A stretch of DNA of 64,000 bases, from the NCBI GenBank assembly GCA_963815215.1, contig CAWFFU010000003.1, positions 672,001 to 736,000 on the forward strand. The letters are read 5' to 3'. Position 1 is the first letter of the stretch, and each line of letters starts with the position of its first letter. The position numbers were made by a program, and so were the translations under genes. The notes beneath the pieces were generated by a model that saw only the letters and a program-made list of their open reading frames with translations, searched no databases and was not told the DNA's origin. Shown one piece after another: positions 1 through 10,434 of this stretch. Source of the DNA: an uncultured Trueperaceae bacterium (GTDB lineage: Bacteria; Deinococcota; Deinococci; Deinococcales; Trueperaceae).

Positions 1-462
1 CGCTGCGCAGGCGCGTTCGTGCGTGACGGGGTGGCGCCACCCGGGAAGCAGCTCGCACAGCGGCGCCAGCACGAACCCCCGGTCCATCACGCGGGGATGC
101 GGCAACGTCAGGCGCGGCGTATCGATCACCCGCGGGCCCACCGCCAGCAGATCCAGGTCCAGCGTTCGGGGACCCCAACGCTCGCGCCGCTCGCGGCCCT
201 GGCGCTGTTCGATCGCCAGAAGGGCGTCGAGCAGCGCTTCGGGCTCGCTCAGCTCGGGCAACGGATCGAGCACCGCCACGCCGTTGAGGTAATCGGGCTG
301 CCCCGCAGGACCCCCCACCGGCGCGGTGCGATAGAGCGACGAGAAGCGGCACGCGCTCGCCAGGTCCTGCAGAGCGCCGGCGGCGAGCCGCAACTGCGTC
401 AAGGGGTGGTCCAGGTTGCTGCCCAGCGCCACCAGCGCCGGCCCCGAGGGCAACGTCCGCAC
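1..462 (-). CDS. folK: 2-amino-4-hydroxy-6-hydroxymethyldihydropteridine diphosphokinase (3' end runs off window)
   Basis: Translated manually (absent from the ORF track): GTG at 462, ALVALGSNL ... RWGPRTLDLDLL ... LTLPHPR ... FVLAPL ... WRHPV; directly downstream of folB. Confidence 0.93.
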   Translation of the reverse strand, partial: MRTLPSGPALVALGSNLDHPLTQLRLAAGALQDLASACRFSSLYRTAPVGGPAGQPDYLNGVAVLDPLPELSEPEALLDALLAIEQRQGRERRERWGPRTLDLDLLAVGPRVIDTPRLTLPHPRVMDRGFVLAPLCELLPGWRHPVTHERACAA

Positions 463-469
463 GTCGGTC

Positions 470-823
470 TCAGGCGCGCTCGCGCCGGACCTCGACGTAG
501 ACGTCGCGCAGCACCCCGGGGAGCGGCGCGTGGGGCTTGTGCACCCGCACCAGAACGCTCTGCGCACGTGTCTCCGACGCGAGGAGGGCTCCGGCGATGT
601 GCGCCGCCAGGGCCTCGATGAGCTTGTAGCGTTTCTCCGTCACTTCGCTCCGGACCAGGCTGTAGACACGGCTGTAGTCGACGGTCTGCCGCAGGCTGTC
701 TTGCTCGGGCAGATCGAGGCTGAGTTCCACGTCCACCACGAAGCGTGCTCCCATCTTCGATTCTTCCTCGAAGACGCCGTGGTAGCCGTGGAACTCCAAC
801 CCCTCCAGCACGATCCTATCCAT
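470..823 (-). CDS. folB: dihydroneopterin aldolase
   Basis: [35 protein letters not shown] motifs; between folP and folK. Confidence 0.95.
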   Translation of the reverse strand: MDRIVLEGLEFHGYHGVFEEESKMGARFVVDVELSLDLPEQDSLRQTVDYSRVYSLVRSEVTEKRYKLIEALAAHIAGALLASETRAQSVLVRVHKPHAPLPGVLRDVYVEVRRERA

Positions 824-1805
824 CGCGCACCCCCGCCGCCGGGCGCTCGAACGCTTCGATGGCGCTCAGGACCGACAGCGCCTGACGATGCTCCGCCACG
901 TCGTGGACTCGCAGCAGCGCGGCGCCGCGCGCAGCGGCGTAGAGGTGGAGGGCCAGGCTGCCGGGCAGCCTCCGGCCGGGGTCCGGAGGCTCGCTGCCGG
1001 CCGCGGCCAACGCGGCGATCATGTGTTTGCGAGAACCTCCCACCAGCAGCGGAATGCCGTGCCCGGCTAGGCGCCGCGTCGCCGCCACGAGCGCGAGATT
1101 GTGCTCCACCGTCTTGCCGAAGCCGATGCCGGGGTCCAGCACGACCGATGGCACGCCGTCGGCCAGTGCCAGGCGGGCGCGCTCGAGCAACGCCTGCTCC
1201 ACCTCGGTCACGACGTCGCCGTAGTGCGGCGAGCACTGCATGGTGCGCGGCTCCCCCTGCATGTGCATCACCACGGCGGGAACGCCGGCCTCTGCGCATA
1301 CCGCGCGCATGTCTTGGCTGGCCAGCCCCCGGATGTCGTTGACGAGGCAGGCGCCCGCCGCCAGCGCCTCGCGCGCGACCGTCGGCTTCACCGTATCGAT
1401 GCTGACGCGCACGCCGCGCTCCGCCAGGCCCGCGACCACCGGCACCACGCGCCGCAGCTCCTCGCTCTCGGTCACGCCCTCGGCACCGGGGCGGCTAGAC
1501 TCGCCACCGACGTCGACGAAGGCGGCGCCCTGCTCCCACTGTCGGAGCCCGGCCTCCACCGCGGCGACGGGATCCCCCGCGAAAAGGTCGCCATCGCTGA
1601 AGCTGTCCGGCGTCACGTTGACGATGCCCATCAGGGCGGCCGCACGCCAGCGAAGCGTCCATCGCCCCGCGCCCGGCTCGGCGCCCGGCACGGGGCGCCC
1701 GAAGTCGAGGCGGTGATCGAGCTCGGCCCACGACGTCCCCGCCTCGGAACCGATCGCCGGAGCCTGGACCGGAGCGCCTCCGCACCGTGGCGCGCGTTCA
1801 GCCAC
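816..1805 (-). CDS. folP: dihydropteroate synthase
   Basis: [41 protein letters not shown] motifs; start uncertain, GTG at 1805 overlapping the wecB stop chosen. Confidence 0.93.
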   Translation of the reverse strand: MAERAPRCGGAPVQAPAIGSEAGTSWAELDHRLDFGRPVPGAEPGAGRWTLRWRAAALMGIVNVTPDSFSDGDLFAGDPVAAVEAGLRQWEQGAAFVDVGGESSRPGAEGVTESEELRRVVPVVAGLAERGVRVSIDTVKPTVAREALAAGACLVNDIRGLASQDMRAVCAEAGVPAVVMHMQGEPRTMQCSPHYGDVVTEVEQALLERARLALADGVPSVVLDPGIGFGKTVEHNLALVAATRRLAGHGIPLLVGGSRKHMIAALAAAGSEPPDPGRRLPGSLALHLYAAARGAALLRVHDVAEHRQALSVLSAIEAFERPAAGVRDG

Positions 1806-3006
1806 GCCCGTCTGCTTCCCGGTGCCCGACCGGAACCTTCGGCATGGGCCTGGCGTCCGCGACCACCCAGTCGGGCGGCCGCGGTCCGAGACCCAGGCGC
1901 CACCCCACCGCCTGCGCCACGCGCACGCTCGCGAGGCCGTCCCCGTAGGGGTTGGGAGCACGGCGCATGGCCTCCAGCACGGCAGGCTCGGCCAGCATCG
2001 CGGTGATGCCGGCCTCGACCGCTGCCGGTTCGTTACCGAGCAGCTTGAGCACGCCGGTCTCGACCCCTTCGGGTCTCTCGGTGACGTTGCGCAGCACCGC
2101 CACCGGCACGCCCAGCGCCGCGCCCTCCTCCTGGATGCCTCCCGAATCGGTGACGATCATCTCGCTGCGCTCCAACAGCGCGAGCATCCCGAGGTAGTCC
2201 CAGGGGTCCTCCAGCAGGACGTTGGCCAGCCCTCCCAGCGCAGGCGTGATCGCCTCGCGCACGGCCGGGTTGAGATGGACCGGATAGACGAAGGTGCGGT
2301 CCGGGTGGGCGCGGGCTACGCGTGCCAGCGCACCGGCCAGCTCCGCCATGACCGGCAGGTTCTCGCGTCGGTGCATGGTGATGGCGATCACCGGACCCGG
2401 TGGGAGCTCCCGCGGCAGCCGCGCCTGCCGGCTCGCCTGGCGGACGCCGTCCACCGCCGTGTTGCCGGTGACGATCATGGCGTTCTCGCTCTTGCCCTCG
2501 GCCAACAGGTTGCGCTTGGCGAGTTCGGTGGGCGGAAGGTCCAGATCGGTCACGACGTCCGTGAGCCGGCGGTTGGCCTCCTCGGGAAAGGGCTGTGCCA
2601 GATCGTGGGATCGCAGGCCAGCCTCGACGTGGGCGACGGGAATGCCTTCGAAGAACGCCGCCAGCGCCACCGCGAAGGTCGTCAGCGTGTCGCCGTGGAC
2701 CAGGACGTAGTCGGGAGCCAGCTCGCGCAGCGTGCGGGCCGCCGCGGGGACGATGCGGGCCATCAACTCGGGCAGCGTCTGCCGCTCGGTCATGACCGCC
2801 AGGTCGGCGTCGGGAACGATGCCGAAGATGCGGAGCGAAGCATCGAGCTGCTCGCGGTGCTGCCCGGTCACGAGCGTGACCGGCCGCAGGCCCGGCGCTT
2901 CGGCCAGGGCCCGCACCACGGGGGCCATCTTGTTCGCTTCGGGCCGGGTGCCGAAGGCCACGCAGATACGGGCGCCGTCGGCGCGGAACCCCTCGTCCTC
3001 GCTCAC
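1798..3006 (-). CDS. wecB: UDP-N-acetylglucosamine 2-epimerase (non-hydrolysing)
   Basis: [53 protein letters not shown] start overlaps upstream TGA. Confidence 0.93.
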   Translation of the reverse strand: MSEDEGFRADGARICVAFGTRPEANKMAPVVRALAEAPGLRPVTLVTGQHREQLDASLRIFGIVPDADLAVMTERQTLPELMARIVPAAARTLRELAPDYVLVHGDTLTTFAVALAAFFEGIPVAHVEAGLRSHDLAQPFPEEANRRLTDVVTDLDLPPTELAKRNLLAEGKSENAMIVTGNTAVDGVRQASRQARLPRELPPGPVIAITMHRRENLPVMAELAGALARVARAHPDRTFVYPVHLNPAVREAITPALGGLANVLLEDPWDYLGMLALLERSEMIVTDSGGIQEEGAALGVPVAVLRNVTERPEGVETGVLKLLGNEPAAVEAGITAMLAEPAVLEAMRRAPNPYGDGLASVRVAQAVGWRLGLGPRPPDWVVADARPMPKVPVGHREADGRG

Positions 3007-4109
3007 GGCGCCGGCTCCCGACCTTCCCGCCGCACCTCGGCCAGCCGCAACACCGACACCCCCGCGATCATCACCACCGTGAGCACCAGGGTCAGGAAGG
3101 TCAGCACCGGAGGCGTCTTGGAGAGCGTCATGCCGACCAACCCCAGCGCAAGCGTCGCAGCCCACAGCGCGATGACGGTCCCGCGGTTGGAGCCCGAGCG
3201 GGCGCGCAGCAGATCGTGGATGTGATCGTTGGCGGCCTCAGCTGGGCTGGCGCCACGGCGCAGGCGGCGGAACGTCACCTGGGTGATGTTCACCACCGGC
3301 AACGCCAACACCAGGATCGGCGCCACTACCGTGACCGCCGCCGTCACCTTGAGGGCCCCCAGGACGCTGACCGCCGCCAGGACGTAGCCCAGCAGGTAGG
3401 CGCCCGAGTCCCCCATGATGATCTTGGCCGGGCTGAAGTTGTGGCGCAGGAAACCGAGCGCGGCGCCCGCCAGCGCCGCCAGCAGCAGCACCGCCGCGCC
3501 GCGGTCGGGGAACTGCAGGGCCACAGCCAGAAGGCTCATGCTGGAGATGGCGGCGATCCCCGACGACAGGCCGTCGAGGCCGTCGATGAAGTTGAAGGCA
3601 TTGGTGAACCCGACCACCCACAGCAACGTCACCAGCACGGTCGCCAGCTCTGGGATGAACACGTAGGTCGTGGGGCCGAAGTAGTTGGTCACGAAACCGA
3701 TGCTGACGCCGTTGACGACCAGGATCCCGGCGGCCACGAACTGCGAGGCCAGCCGCATGGCGGGCGGCACCTCCCACATGTCATCGATGAACCCCACCAG
3801 CGCCATCAGCGCCGCACCGAGGGCGATGGCGAGGAGCTGCACGCGGTTGGGATCGATCTGGTCGGGCGCCACCAGGCTCCCCACCAGCAATGCCAGCAGG
3901 AAGCCTCCCAGGATGGCGATGCCCCCGATGTTGGGAACGGCACCCTGATGCACGCGGCGGCCGCGCCCATGGACGCCCCCACCCTCCTGCACGGCATCGA
4001 TCCGGAGCGCGAAGCGCCGGATGCGTGGAACGAACAGACCGACCGCCACCAGTGCCGTCACGAACGCGATGGAGGCGCCAGGCAGGAAGGCGACGAGCGA
4101 TGGGCTCAC
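3003..4109 (-). CDS. MraY/WecA/TagO-family polyprenyl-phosphate GlcNAc-1-phosphate transferase (glycosyltransferase family 4)
   Basis: Multi-[44 protein letters not shown] motifs; coupled to wecB. Confidence 0.9.
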   Translation of the reverse strand: MSPSLVAFLPGASIAFVTALVAVGLFVPRIRRFALRIDAVQEGGGVHGRGRRVHQGAVPNIGGIAILGGFLLALLVGSLVAPDQIDPNRVQLLAIALGAALMALVGFIDDMWEVPPAMRLASQFVAAGILVVNGVSIGFVTNYFGPTTYVFIPELATVLVTLLWVVGFTNAFNFIDGLDGLSSGIAAISSMSLLAVALQFPDRGAAVLLLAALAGAALGFLRHNFSPAKIIMGDSGAYLLGYVLAAVSVLGALKVTAAVTVVAPILVLALPVVNITQVTFRRLRRGASPAEAANDHIHDLLRARSGSNRGTVIALWAATLALGLVGMTLSKTPPVLTFLTLVLTVVMIAGVSVLRLAEVRREGREPAP

Positions 4110-4215
4110 GGGACCATTCTAGGACGGTGCGTGACAGCGAAGCGTGCGGCGCGGCGCCCGCGGGCCCGACGGCGGGCCCGCGGCCCGAGCCTGCGCACGC
4201 GCGCGCAGGGCGCGC

Positions 4216-4842
4216 TCACCGAGTGCCGTAGATGCGGTCGCCGGCATCGCCCAGCCCGGGAACGATGTAGCCATGCTCGTCCAGGCGCTCGTCGCGCGCC
4301 GCCAGGATGATGTCGAGCTCGGGGTGGGCCTTCTGGACCACGTCGATGCCTTCGGGCGCTCCCAGGATGCACAGCAGCTTGATCGACTTGGCCCCGTGCG
4401 CCTCCAGCACCTCGACGGCCCTGGCGGCGCTGCCGCCGGTCGCCAGCATCGGGTCGAGAAGGAACACCTGTCGATCGGCGATGTCGCCGGGGAGCTTGCA
4501 GTAGTACTCCACCGGTTGCAGCGTCTCCGGGTCGCGGTAGAGACCGATGTGCCCCACGCGCGCATTGGGCACCAGGCTCAGGATGCCGTCGACCATGATC
4601 AGGCCGGCCCGCAGGATGCCGACCAGCGCCAGCTTCTTTCCCGACAGGCGCTTCACCTGGGCAGGGGCGACCGGCGTCTGGACCACGGCGTCCTCGAGCG
4701 GGAGGTCGCGCATCCCCTCGAACGCCATCAGCATGGTGATCTCGGTACAGAGCTCGCGGAAGTCGCGCACATTGGTCTCACGGTCGCGCAGGATCGAGAG
4801 CTTGTGCTGGATCAGCGGGTGGTCGACGACGGTGACGGGCAT
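4216..4842 (-). CDS. upp: uracil phosphoribosyltransferase
   Basis: [34 protein letters not shown]. Confidence 0.97.
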   Translation of the reverse strand: MPVTVVDHPLIQHKLSILRDRETNVRDFRELCTEITMLMAFEGMRDLPLEDAVVQTPVAPAQVKRLSGKKLALVGILRAGLIMVDGILSLVPNARVGHIGLYRDPETLQPVEYYCKLPGDIADRQVFLLDPMLATGGSAARAVEVLEAHGAKSIKLLCILGAPEGIDVVQKAHPELDIILAARDERLDEHGYIVPGLGDAGDRIYGTR

Positions 4843-4871
4843 GGCTCACTCCTGTCCGACGGGTGCTGCAG

Positions 4872-4904
4872 GAAACGGCCGCCCCCCTGAGGGAGCGGCC
4901 GCGT
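4872..4904 (-). terminator. hairpin/terminator downstream of tRNA-Ser
   Basis: On the minus strand CGGCCGCTCCC-TCAG-GGGGGCGGCCG followed by TTT immediately after the tRNA CCA. Confidence 0.55.
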
Positions 4905-4995
<91 letters not shown>

Positions 4996-5137
4996 CTGGG
5001 TCTCGCCGGCGAACCGGCCCGTGCGCACGGCCGGGCCGCCCGGCCTCGGAGCGTGGAGAGTATACCCTACCCGTCGCCGACCGTCGACAGCAAGATGCGC
5101 CGCCGCCGCGCCGCTCGATCGTTCGGTCCGTTGGCCC

Positions 5138-5167
5138 TTGACGGGAGACCCGGCCGTTCCATACACT
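5138..5167 (+). promoter_or_regulatory. sigma70-type promoter of tRNA-Gln(CTG)
   Basis: TTGACG-N18-TACACT 15 nt upstream of the tRNA. Confidence 0.65.
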
Positions 5168-5182
5168 CGTGTTCGTCCTCGC

Positions 5183-5256
5183 TGGCCCATCGTCTAATGG
5201 CAGGACAACCGGTTCTGGTCCGGTCGGTCGGGGTTCGAATCCCTGTGGGCCAGCCA
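5183..5256 (+). tRNA. tRNA-Gln (anticodon CTG)
   Basis: TGGCCCA acceptor (U1-A72), ACCGG-TT-CTG-GT-CCGGT, GTTCGAATC, CCA end. Confidence 0.96.
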
Positions 5257-5321
5257 TTTTCTTTGCCTTCCCGACCCGGGTCGCCACGAACAGTCCGAAG
5301 TCGCGTCCACGACGTGTCCGG

Positions 5322-5351
5322 TTGACACTCTTGCGGGGTCGCGGATAGACT
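5322..5351 (+). promoter_or_regulatory. sigma70-type promoter of tRNA-Gln(TTG)
   Basis: TTGACA-N18-TAGACT upstream of the second tRNA. Confidence 0.7.
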
Positions 5352-5392
5352 CTGCCTGTCCCGGCCGGTGCGGCCGGGCCCGTCCGCCCCGT

Positions 5393-5466
5393 TGGCCCAT
5401 CGTCTAATGGCAGGACAACCGGTTTTGGTCCGGTCGGTCGGGGTTCGAATCCCTGTGGGCCAGCCA
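5393..5466 (+). tRNA. tRNA-Gln (anticodon TTG)
   Basis: Identical to the upstream tRNA-Gln except for anticodon TTG; CCA end. Confidence 0.96.
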
Positions 5467-5470
5467 GCAT

Positions 5471-5493
5471 CGCCTCCCGTTCGGGAGGCGATT
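5471..5493 (+). terminator. hairpin terminator between tRNA-Gln and the convergent dehydrogenase
   Basis: CGCCTCCCG-TT-CGGGAGGCG inverted repeat then ATT. Confidence 0.55.
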
Positions 5494-5514
5494 CCCGTGG
5501 GGTCGCGGGGCTCT

Positions 5515-6372
5515 TCACTCCTCCTTCCGGTAGTCGTAGAAGCCCTGCCCGCTCTTGCGCCCGAGGCGGCCCGCCTCCACCAGCTTCCGCAACCGCTGCG
5601 GTGGCCGGAATCGCTCGCCCATGGCGTCGGTCATCGACTCCGCGATGTAGAGCATGGTGTCCAGTCCGATGTAATCCGACAGCTCGAGCGGCCCCATCGG
5701 GTGGTTGAGGCCGAGCCGCACGGCGGCGTCGATGTCCTCCGCGCTGGCGACGCCCTCTTCCAACATGCGCACGCCCTCGAGCAGCAGGGCGGCCACGGCG
5801 CGGGTGGTGACGAAGCCCTGTCGGTCGGCAACGGTGACGGTGGTCTTGCCGCAACGCCCGGCCACTTCCCGGGTGGTTGCGAGGGTGGCCTCGGACGTCT
5901 GCACCGCGCGCACGATCTCCACCAGGGCCATGCGTTCGGGGGGGTTGAACCAGTGCATCCCGACGACCCGCTCCGGGTGCATGGTGGCCGCCGCGATCGC
6001 GGTGACCGACAGCTCGCTGGTGTTGGTCGCCAGCACCGCGGTCGTCGGCGCATGCCGGCTCAGCTCTCCGAACAGACGGCGCTTGAGGTCCAGTTGCTCC
6101 GGAGCCGCCTCGATGACGAGATCGGCGTCGGCTACGGCCTCCGGGAGGTCGCCGGTCAGGAGCAGCCGCCGGTCGATCACACCCGGCTCGTTGCGTTTGG
6201 CGATGCGGGTCGCCGCCCGCTCCCTGGCCTCCGGCACCACGTCGTAGAGCGCCACGCGCAGGCCGCTCGCCAGGAGCAGGGCAGCGATCCCGCCCCCCAT
6301 GGTCCCGGCTCCCAGCACCGCCACCCGCTCCACCGGCATGCCGCCGGCCGTCTTCTCCGCATCGTTGCTCAT
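5515..6372 (-). CDS. 3-hydroxyacyl-CoA (3-hydroxybutyryl-CoA) dehydrogenase
   Basis: GAGTMGGG Rossmann, EAAPE..DLK, ATNTS, GMHWFNP, HPMGP, GRLGRKSGQGFYDY. Confidence 0.92.
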   Translation of the reverse strand: MSNDAEKTAGGMPVERVAVLGAGTMGGGIAALLLASGLRVALYDVVPEARERAATRIAKRNEPGVIDRRLLLTGDLPEAVADADLVIEAAPEQLDLKRRLFGELSRHAPTTAVLATNTSELSVTAIAAATMHPERVVGMHWFNPPERMALVEIVRAVQTSEATLATTREVAGRCGKTTVTVADRQGFVTTRAVAALLLEGVRMLEEGVASAEDIDAAVRLGLNHPMGPLELSDYIGLDTMLYIAESMTDAMGERFRPPQRLRKLVEAGRLGRKSGQGFYDYRKEE

Positions 6373-6413
6373 GGTTGCCTCCCTCTCCCGGCGGCTGCGC
6401 CGGCCGACCCAGT

Positions 6414-7190
6414 CTAGGTCCCCGGCCGGAGGGGCGCGTACAGGTCGTAGCGCGTGGTGGTACCCACCAGGCTCCCGCTGGGGGCGGCTGCCCCGGCCCC
6501 AGCTCCCAGCGCCGCGCCGCGCCGGGGCCGCTTGACCACGACCCGTTTGAGCGCCACCCGGAGCGCGGCCTGCAACATCTCGTCCGCGTCGGCGTCCGCG
6601 CCGACCAGGGCGCGGAACAGCGCCATGCCTTTGTTGGGCAGCGCGCGCTTGCCGGCGTCTGGGTACATGGGGTCGAGCAGCACCACGCTCGGCGCGGGAT
6701 GGATCCCACCGAGCAGGAGCCGCGCGTCGCCGACCGACAGGGACAGTCGAGCCACGGCCTGCCGAGCGCCGTCCCCCTCATGCCCGGCGCCGCCACGCCG
6801 CAGCGCGTCCTCGAGGAGCGCGGCGACGAGCGGGTGGCGTTCGATCATGTGCACGCGCACGCCGTTCACGGCGAGGTGGAAGGCATCGGCGCCCAGTCCC
6901 GCGGTGGCGTCGACCACCACGGCTCCCTCCTCCAGGCGCCCCACGGCACGCAGCAGCAGGTCGCGGCCCCCGACCCGCCGGCGCGTCAGCGCACGGGACG
7001 CGGCCGTGACTCTCGGCCCCTGTCCCAACCGCAACGCCAGGCCCTCCGGCCCGACCTCGAGGACCACCCCCAGGTCGGGACTATCGGTGGACGTCAGGGG
7101 CAACGCGAGGCGCTCGGCCCAGGCCGCGGCTTCCTCGCGGCTGCCGGCATCCGAGGCCCACACGACGGCGTCGGGGTGGGCGGCGCACAC
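6414..7190 (-). CDS. rsmJ: class I SAM-dependent methyltransferase, RsmJ-like (16S m2G1516)
   Basis: VDATAGLGADAF, ERHPLVAALL, LDPMYP, KRVVVKRP, TRYDLY; GTG at 7190 is 7 nt after TAGCAT. Confidence 0.75.
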   Translation of the reverse strand: MCAAHPDAVVWASDAGSREEAAAWAERLALPLTSTDSPDLGVVLEVGPEGLALRLGQGPRVTAASRALTRRRVGGRDLLLRAVGRLEEGAVVVDATAGLGADAFHLAVNGVRVHMIERHPLVAALLEDALRRGGAGHEGDGARQAVARLSLSVGDARLLLGGIHPAPSVVLLDPMYPDAGKRALPNKGMALFRALVGADADADEMLQAALRVALKRVVVKRPRRGAALGAGAGAAAPSGSLVGTTTRYDLYAPLRPGT

Positions 7191-7399
7191 GCCTCCCATG
7201 CTACGCCGGGCGCGTTCGGTCCCGGCTACCGAAGGCGCGTCCGGCGGGGTTCACGGCGTCATGGGCGGGTGATACCATGCAAGGGGGATATGCATCACGC
7301 GCCTCGCAACAGATGGTGAGGCTCGTGCTCCGCTTACGTTTCGCAAGCACATCGCTTCCAACGCTTACGATGACAATCCCCGTTCGAAGGAGGACGCCC

Positions 7400-8716
7400 A
7401 TGAGCAACGCCAGCCTCGCCCAGCGCCGACGCGACGCGGTCGCACCCGCGGCCTATAGCACCCACCCCTTCTACCCCACCCGGGCCGAGGGTGCGTACGT
7501 CTGGGACGCCGACGGCAAGCGCTACCTCGACTTCTCGGTCGGCATCGCGGTGATGAACGTCGGACACTCGCATCCGAGGGTGATCCGCGCGGTGCAGGAG
7601 CAGGCGGCCTCCTTCCAGCACCTGTGCTTCGCGGTCGCCATGCACGAGAGCTACATCGCGCTGGCCGAGCGCCTCAACGCGCTGGCGCCGGGCCCCAGCC
7701 CCAAGAAGACCTTCCTGGTGAACTCCGGTGCCGAGGCGGTGGAGAACGCCGTCAAGATCGCCCGTGCCTACACCGGCCGGGCGGGCATCGTCGCGTTCAC
7801 GCACGCCTTCCACGGGCGCACCCACATGGCGATGTCGCTCACCGCCAAGGCGACGCCGTACAAAGCGCACTTCGCACCGCGCGCAAGCGAGGTGTACCGG
7901 GCCGCCTACCCCTACGCCTACCGCAACCCCTGGGGGATCGAGGACGAGGAGGAGGTCGGCGAACGGACGTTGCAGGCCCTGCGCGATCAGGTGAAGACGA
8001 CCATCGGCGAGGGCGAGGTGGCGGCGTTCATCATCGAGCCCGTCGCCGGCGAAGGGGGCTTCATCCCGGCGCCGCGCAGCTTCCTGGCGGGATTGCGCGC
8101 CTACGCCGACGAGATCGGGGCGCTCTGGATCGACGACGAGGTCCAGGCAGGCATCGGCCGTACCGGCGACCTGTGGGCCGTCGATGCGTTCGGCCTCGAG
8201 CCCGACCTGGTGACGAGCGCCAAGGCGCTCTCCTCGGGCTTCCCGCTCTCCGCCGTGATCGGCAAGGCCAGCATCATGGATGCCATCGAGCCCGGCATGC
8301 TGGGCTCGACCTTCGGCGGCAACCCGGTGAGTTGCGCCGCAGCGCTCGCCACCCTCGACGTGTTGGAGGAAGAAGGACTGGTCCAGCGCGCCCGCGTCAT
8401 CGGCGCCCGCGCCGTCGAGCGTCTGTCCGCGCTCCAGAGGGCGTTCCCGCAGATGGGTCAGGTCCGCGGCCGCGGCGCCATGATCGGCATCGAGTTCGTC
8501 GAGCCCGGCGGCAAGGAACCGAGTCCCGGCACCGTCTCGGCGGTGGTGACCCAGGCACGCGAGCTGGGCTTGATGTTGCTCTCGACCGGTACCTACGGCA
8601 ACGTCATCCGCCTGCTGCCGCCACTGCGCCTCAGCGACGCCGAGCTCGATGAGGGGCTGGACATCCTGGAACGCTCGATCCGCGCGGTGCTCGAGCCCGT
8701 CGGCTCGGTCGCCTGA
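7400..8716 (+). CDS. gabT: 4-aminobutyrate--2-oxoglutarate transaminase (class III PLP aminotransferase)
   Basis: NSGAEAVENAVKIAR, FHGRT, EPVAGEGG, DEVQAGIGRTG, AKALSSG; AAGGAGG SD before ATG 7400. Confidence 0.85.
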   Translation: MSNASLAQRRRDAVAPAAYSTHPFYPTRAEGAYVWDADGKRYLDFSVGIAVMNVGHSHPRVIRAVQEQAASFQHLCFAVAMHESYIALAERLNALAPGPSPKKTFLVNSGAEAVENAVKIARAYTGRAGIVAFTHAFHGRTHMAMSLTAKATPYKAHFAPRASEVYRAAYPYAYRNPWGIEDEEEVGERTLQALRDQVKTTIGEGEVAAFIIEPVAGEGGFIPAPRSFLAGLRAYADEIGALWIDDEVQAGIGRTGDLWAVDAFGLEPDLVTSAKALSSGFPLSAVIGKASIMDAIEPGMLGSTFGGNPVSCAAALATLDVLEEEGLVQRARVIGARAVERLSALQRAFPQMGQVRGRGAMIGIEFVEPGGKEPSPGTVSAVVTQARELGLMLLSTGTYGNVIRLLPPLRLSDAELDEGLDILERSIRAVLEPVGSVA

Positions 8717-8795
8717 CCGGCGCACGCCGGCGCCGGCGTGCCGGAGGGCGGATCGCCCTCCGGCACGCTCATGCTCCCCTGCTATACTCCGCGGC

Positions 8796-9458
8796 GTGAA
8801 CCCGGTGCGCATCGCCCCATCCATCCTGGCCGCCGACTTCGCCGACCTCGGCGGCGCCGTTCGACGCGCCGAGGAGGGCGGCGCCGACCTCATCCATCTC
8901 GACGTGATGGACGGCCACTTCGTCCCCAACATCACCTTCGGGCCGAGTGTGGTCTCGGCCGTGCGGCGTTCCACCTCCTTGCCGCTCGACGTCCACCTGA
9001 TGATCGAGGCCCCGGAACGTTACATCGACGCCTTCGCCGAAGCCGGCGCCGACGTGATCCACGTGCATGCCGAGACGACCGTCCACCTGCATCGCCTGCT
9101 GCAACGACTCCGCGAGAGCGGCGTCGGGGTGGGGCTGGCCCTCAACCCGCTCACCCCGCTGGCGGTGTTGGACGGAGCGCTGCCCTACCTGGACGCGCTG
9201 CTCCTCATGACGGTCAACCCCGGCTTCGGCGGGCAGGCTTTCATCCCCCACAGCGTCGAGCGCATCGCCGCCGCCGCGGTGCTGCGCGACGCCCTCAAGC
9301 CCGACTGCGCGATCGAGGTCGACGGAGGCATCGCTCTCGACACCGCCGCACGGGTGCGGGCGGCCGGAGCGGAGATCCTGGTGGCAGGGAGCGCCGTGTT
9401 CGGAGCCGACGGTTCGGTCGCCGAAGCCATCACAACGCTGCGGGCCGCCGCGGGCTGA
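8796..9458 (+). CDS. rpe: ribulose-phosphate 3-epimerase
   Basis: IAPSILAADF, HLDVMDGHFVPN, DVHLM, MTVNPGFGGQ, EVDGG. Confidence 0.96.
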   Translation: MNPVRIAPSILAADFADLGGAVRRAEEGGADLIHLDVMDGHFVPNITFGPSVVSAVRRSTSLPLDVHLMIEAPERYIDAFAEAGADVIHVHAETTVHLHRLLQRLRESGVGVGLALNPLTPLAVLDGALPYLDALLLMTVNPGFGGQAFIPHSVERIAAAAVLRDALKPDCAIEVDGGIALDTAARVRAAGAEILVAGSAVFGADGSVAEAITTLRAAAG

Positions 9459-9480
9459 TTCGGCGTTCGGAAGGCGCCGC

Positions 9481-10434
9481 TCAGGCGGCGTCGCGGAAGC
9501 GGCCGAGGTCGCGGAAGCGGCGTCGGCGCTGCTCCCGGAGGGCTTGTGCCCCCATCCCACTCAACGTCGCCATCTCCTCGAGCAATGCCTCGCGCACGCG
9601 CCGCACGGTCTCCTCACGGCTCTTGTGGGCGCCGCCGATCGGCTCGTCGACGACGCGGTCCACTACACCCAGCTCGAGCAGGTCGTAAGCGGTGAGCTTG
9701 AGCGCCTCCGCCGCCTTCTCGGCTTCCGCGGCGTCACGCCACAAGATGGCGGCGCACGACTCCGGGCTGATGACCGAGTAGATGGCGTTCTCCAGGATCA
9801 GAACGCGATTGGCGACCCCGATCGCGAGCGCGCCGCCCGACCCGCCCTCTCCCACCACCACGCACACGGCGGGAACCGACAGGCGGCTCATGCGCCGGAT
9901 GCTCTCGGCGATCACCCAGGCCTGCCCCTGCTCCTCCGCAGCGGTACCTGGGTAGGCTCCCGGGGTGTCGATCAGGGTGACCACGGGAAGGCCGAACTTG
10001 TCGGCCAGATCGAACATGCGCATGGCCTTGCGGTAGCCGCTGGGGTGCGACATGCCGAAATTGCGGTGGATGTTCTCCTTGGTGTCGCGGCCCTTCTGCT
10101 GGCCGATCACCACCACGCTGCGCTCGCCCAGGCGCGCCAACCCCGTCACCATGGCGGGGTCGTCACCGAGGGTGCGGTCGCCATGGAGCTCGGTGAAGCC
10201 GTCGAAGGCTCCCTGCAGGTAGTCCATGGCGGTGGGCCGCCCAGTGGCACGCGCCACCTGCACCCGCTGCCAGCGGGTCAGGTTGGCGAAGGTGTCGCGC
10301 TTGAGGCGCTCCAACCGCTGTTGCAGCAGCCCGATCTCCTCGGCCAGCTCGATGCCCTGCTCCGAGGCGTAGGAACGCATCTCCTCGATCTTGGCCTCGA
10401 GGTCCTCGATGGGCTTCTCAAACGGCAGCGGCAC
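9481..10434 (-). CDS. accA: acetyl-CoA carboxylase carboxyltransferase alpha
   Basis: [34 protein letters not shown]. Confidence 0.96.
   Translation of the reverse strand: MPLPFEKPIEDLEAKIEEMRSYASEQGIELAEEIGLLQQRLERLKRDTFANLTRWQRVQVARATGRPTAMDYLQGAFDGFTELHGDRTLGDDPAMVTGLARLGERSVVVIGQQKGRDTKENIHRNFGMSHPSGYRKAMRMFDLADKFGLPVVTLIDTPGAYPGTAAEEQGQAWVIAESIRRMSRLSVPAVCVVVGEGGSGGALAIGVANRVLILENAIYSVISPESCAAILWRDAAEAEKAAEALKLTAYDLLELGVVDRVVDEPIGGAHKSREETVRRVREALLEEMATLSGMGAQALREQRRRRFRDLGRFRDAA

Noticed and set aside
4140..4215. GC-rich hairpins between upp and the GT4 transferase as an ncRNA
   Set aside because: Most simply a terminator/stability hairpin of upp in very GC-rich DNA; no further supporting features
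7272..7277. ATACCA GabR-type site upstream of gabT
   Set aside because: Single copy, better explained as part of an extended -10 (TGaTACCAT); no gabR nearby
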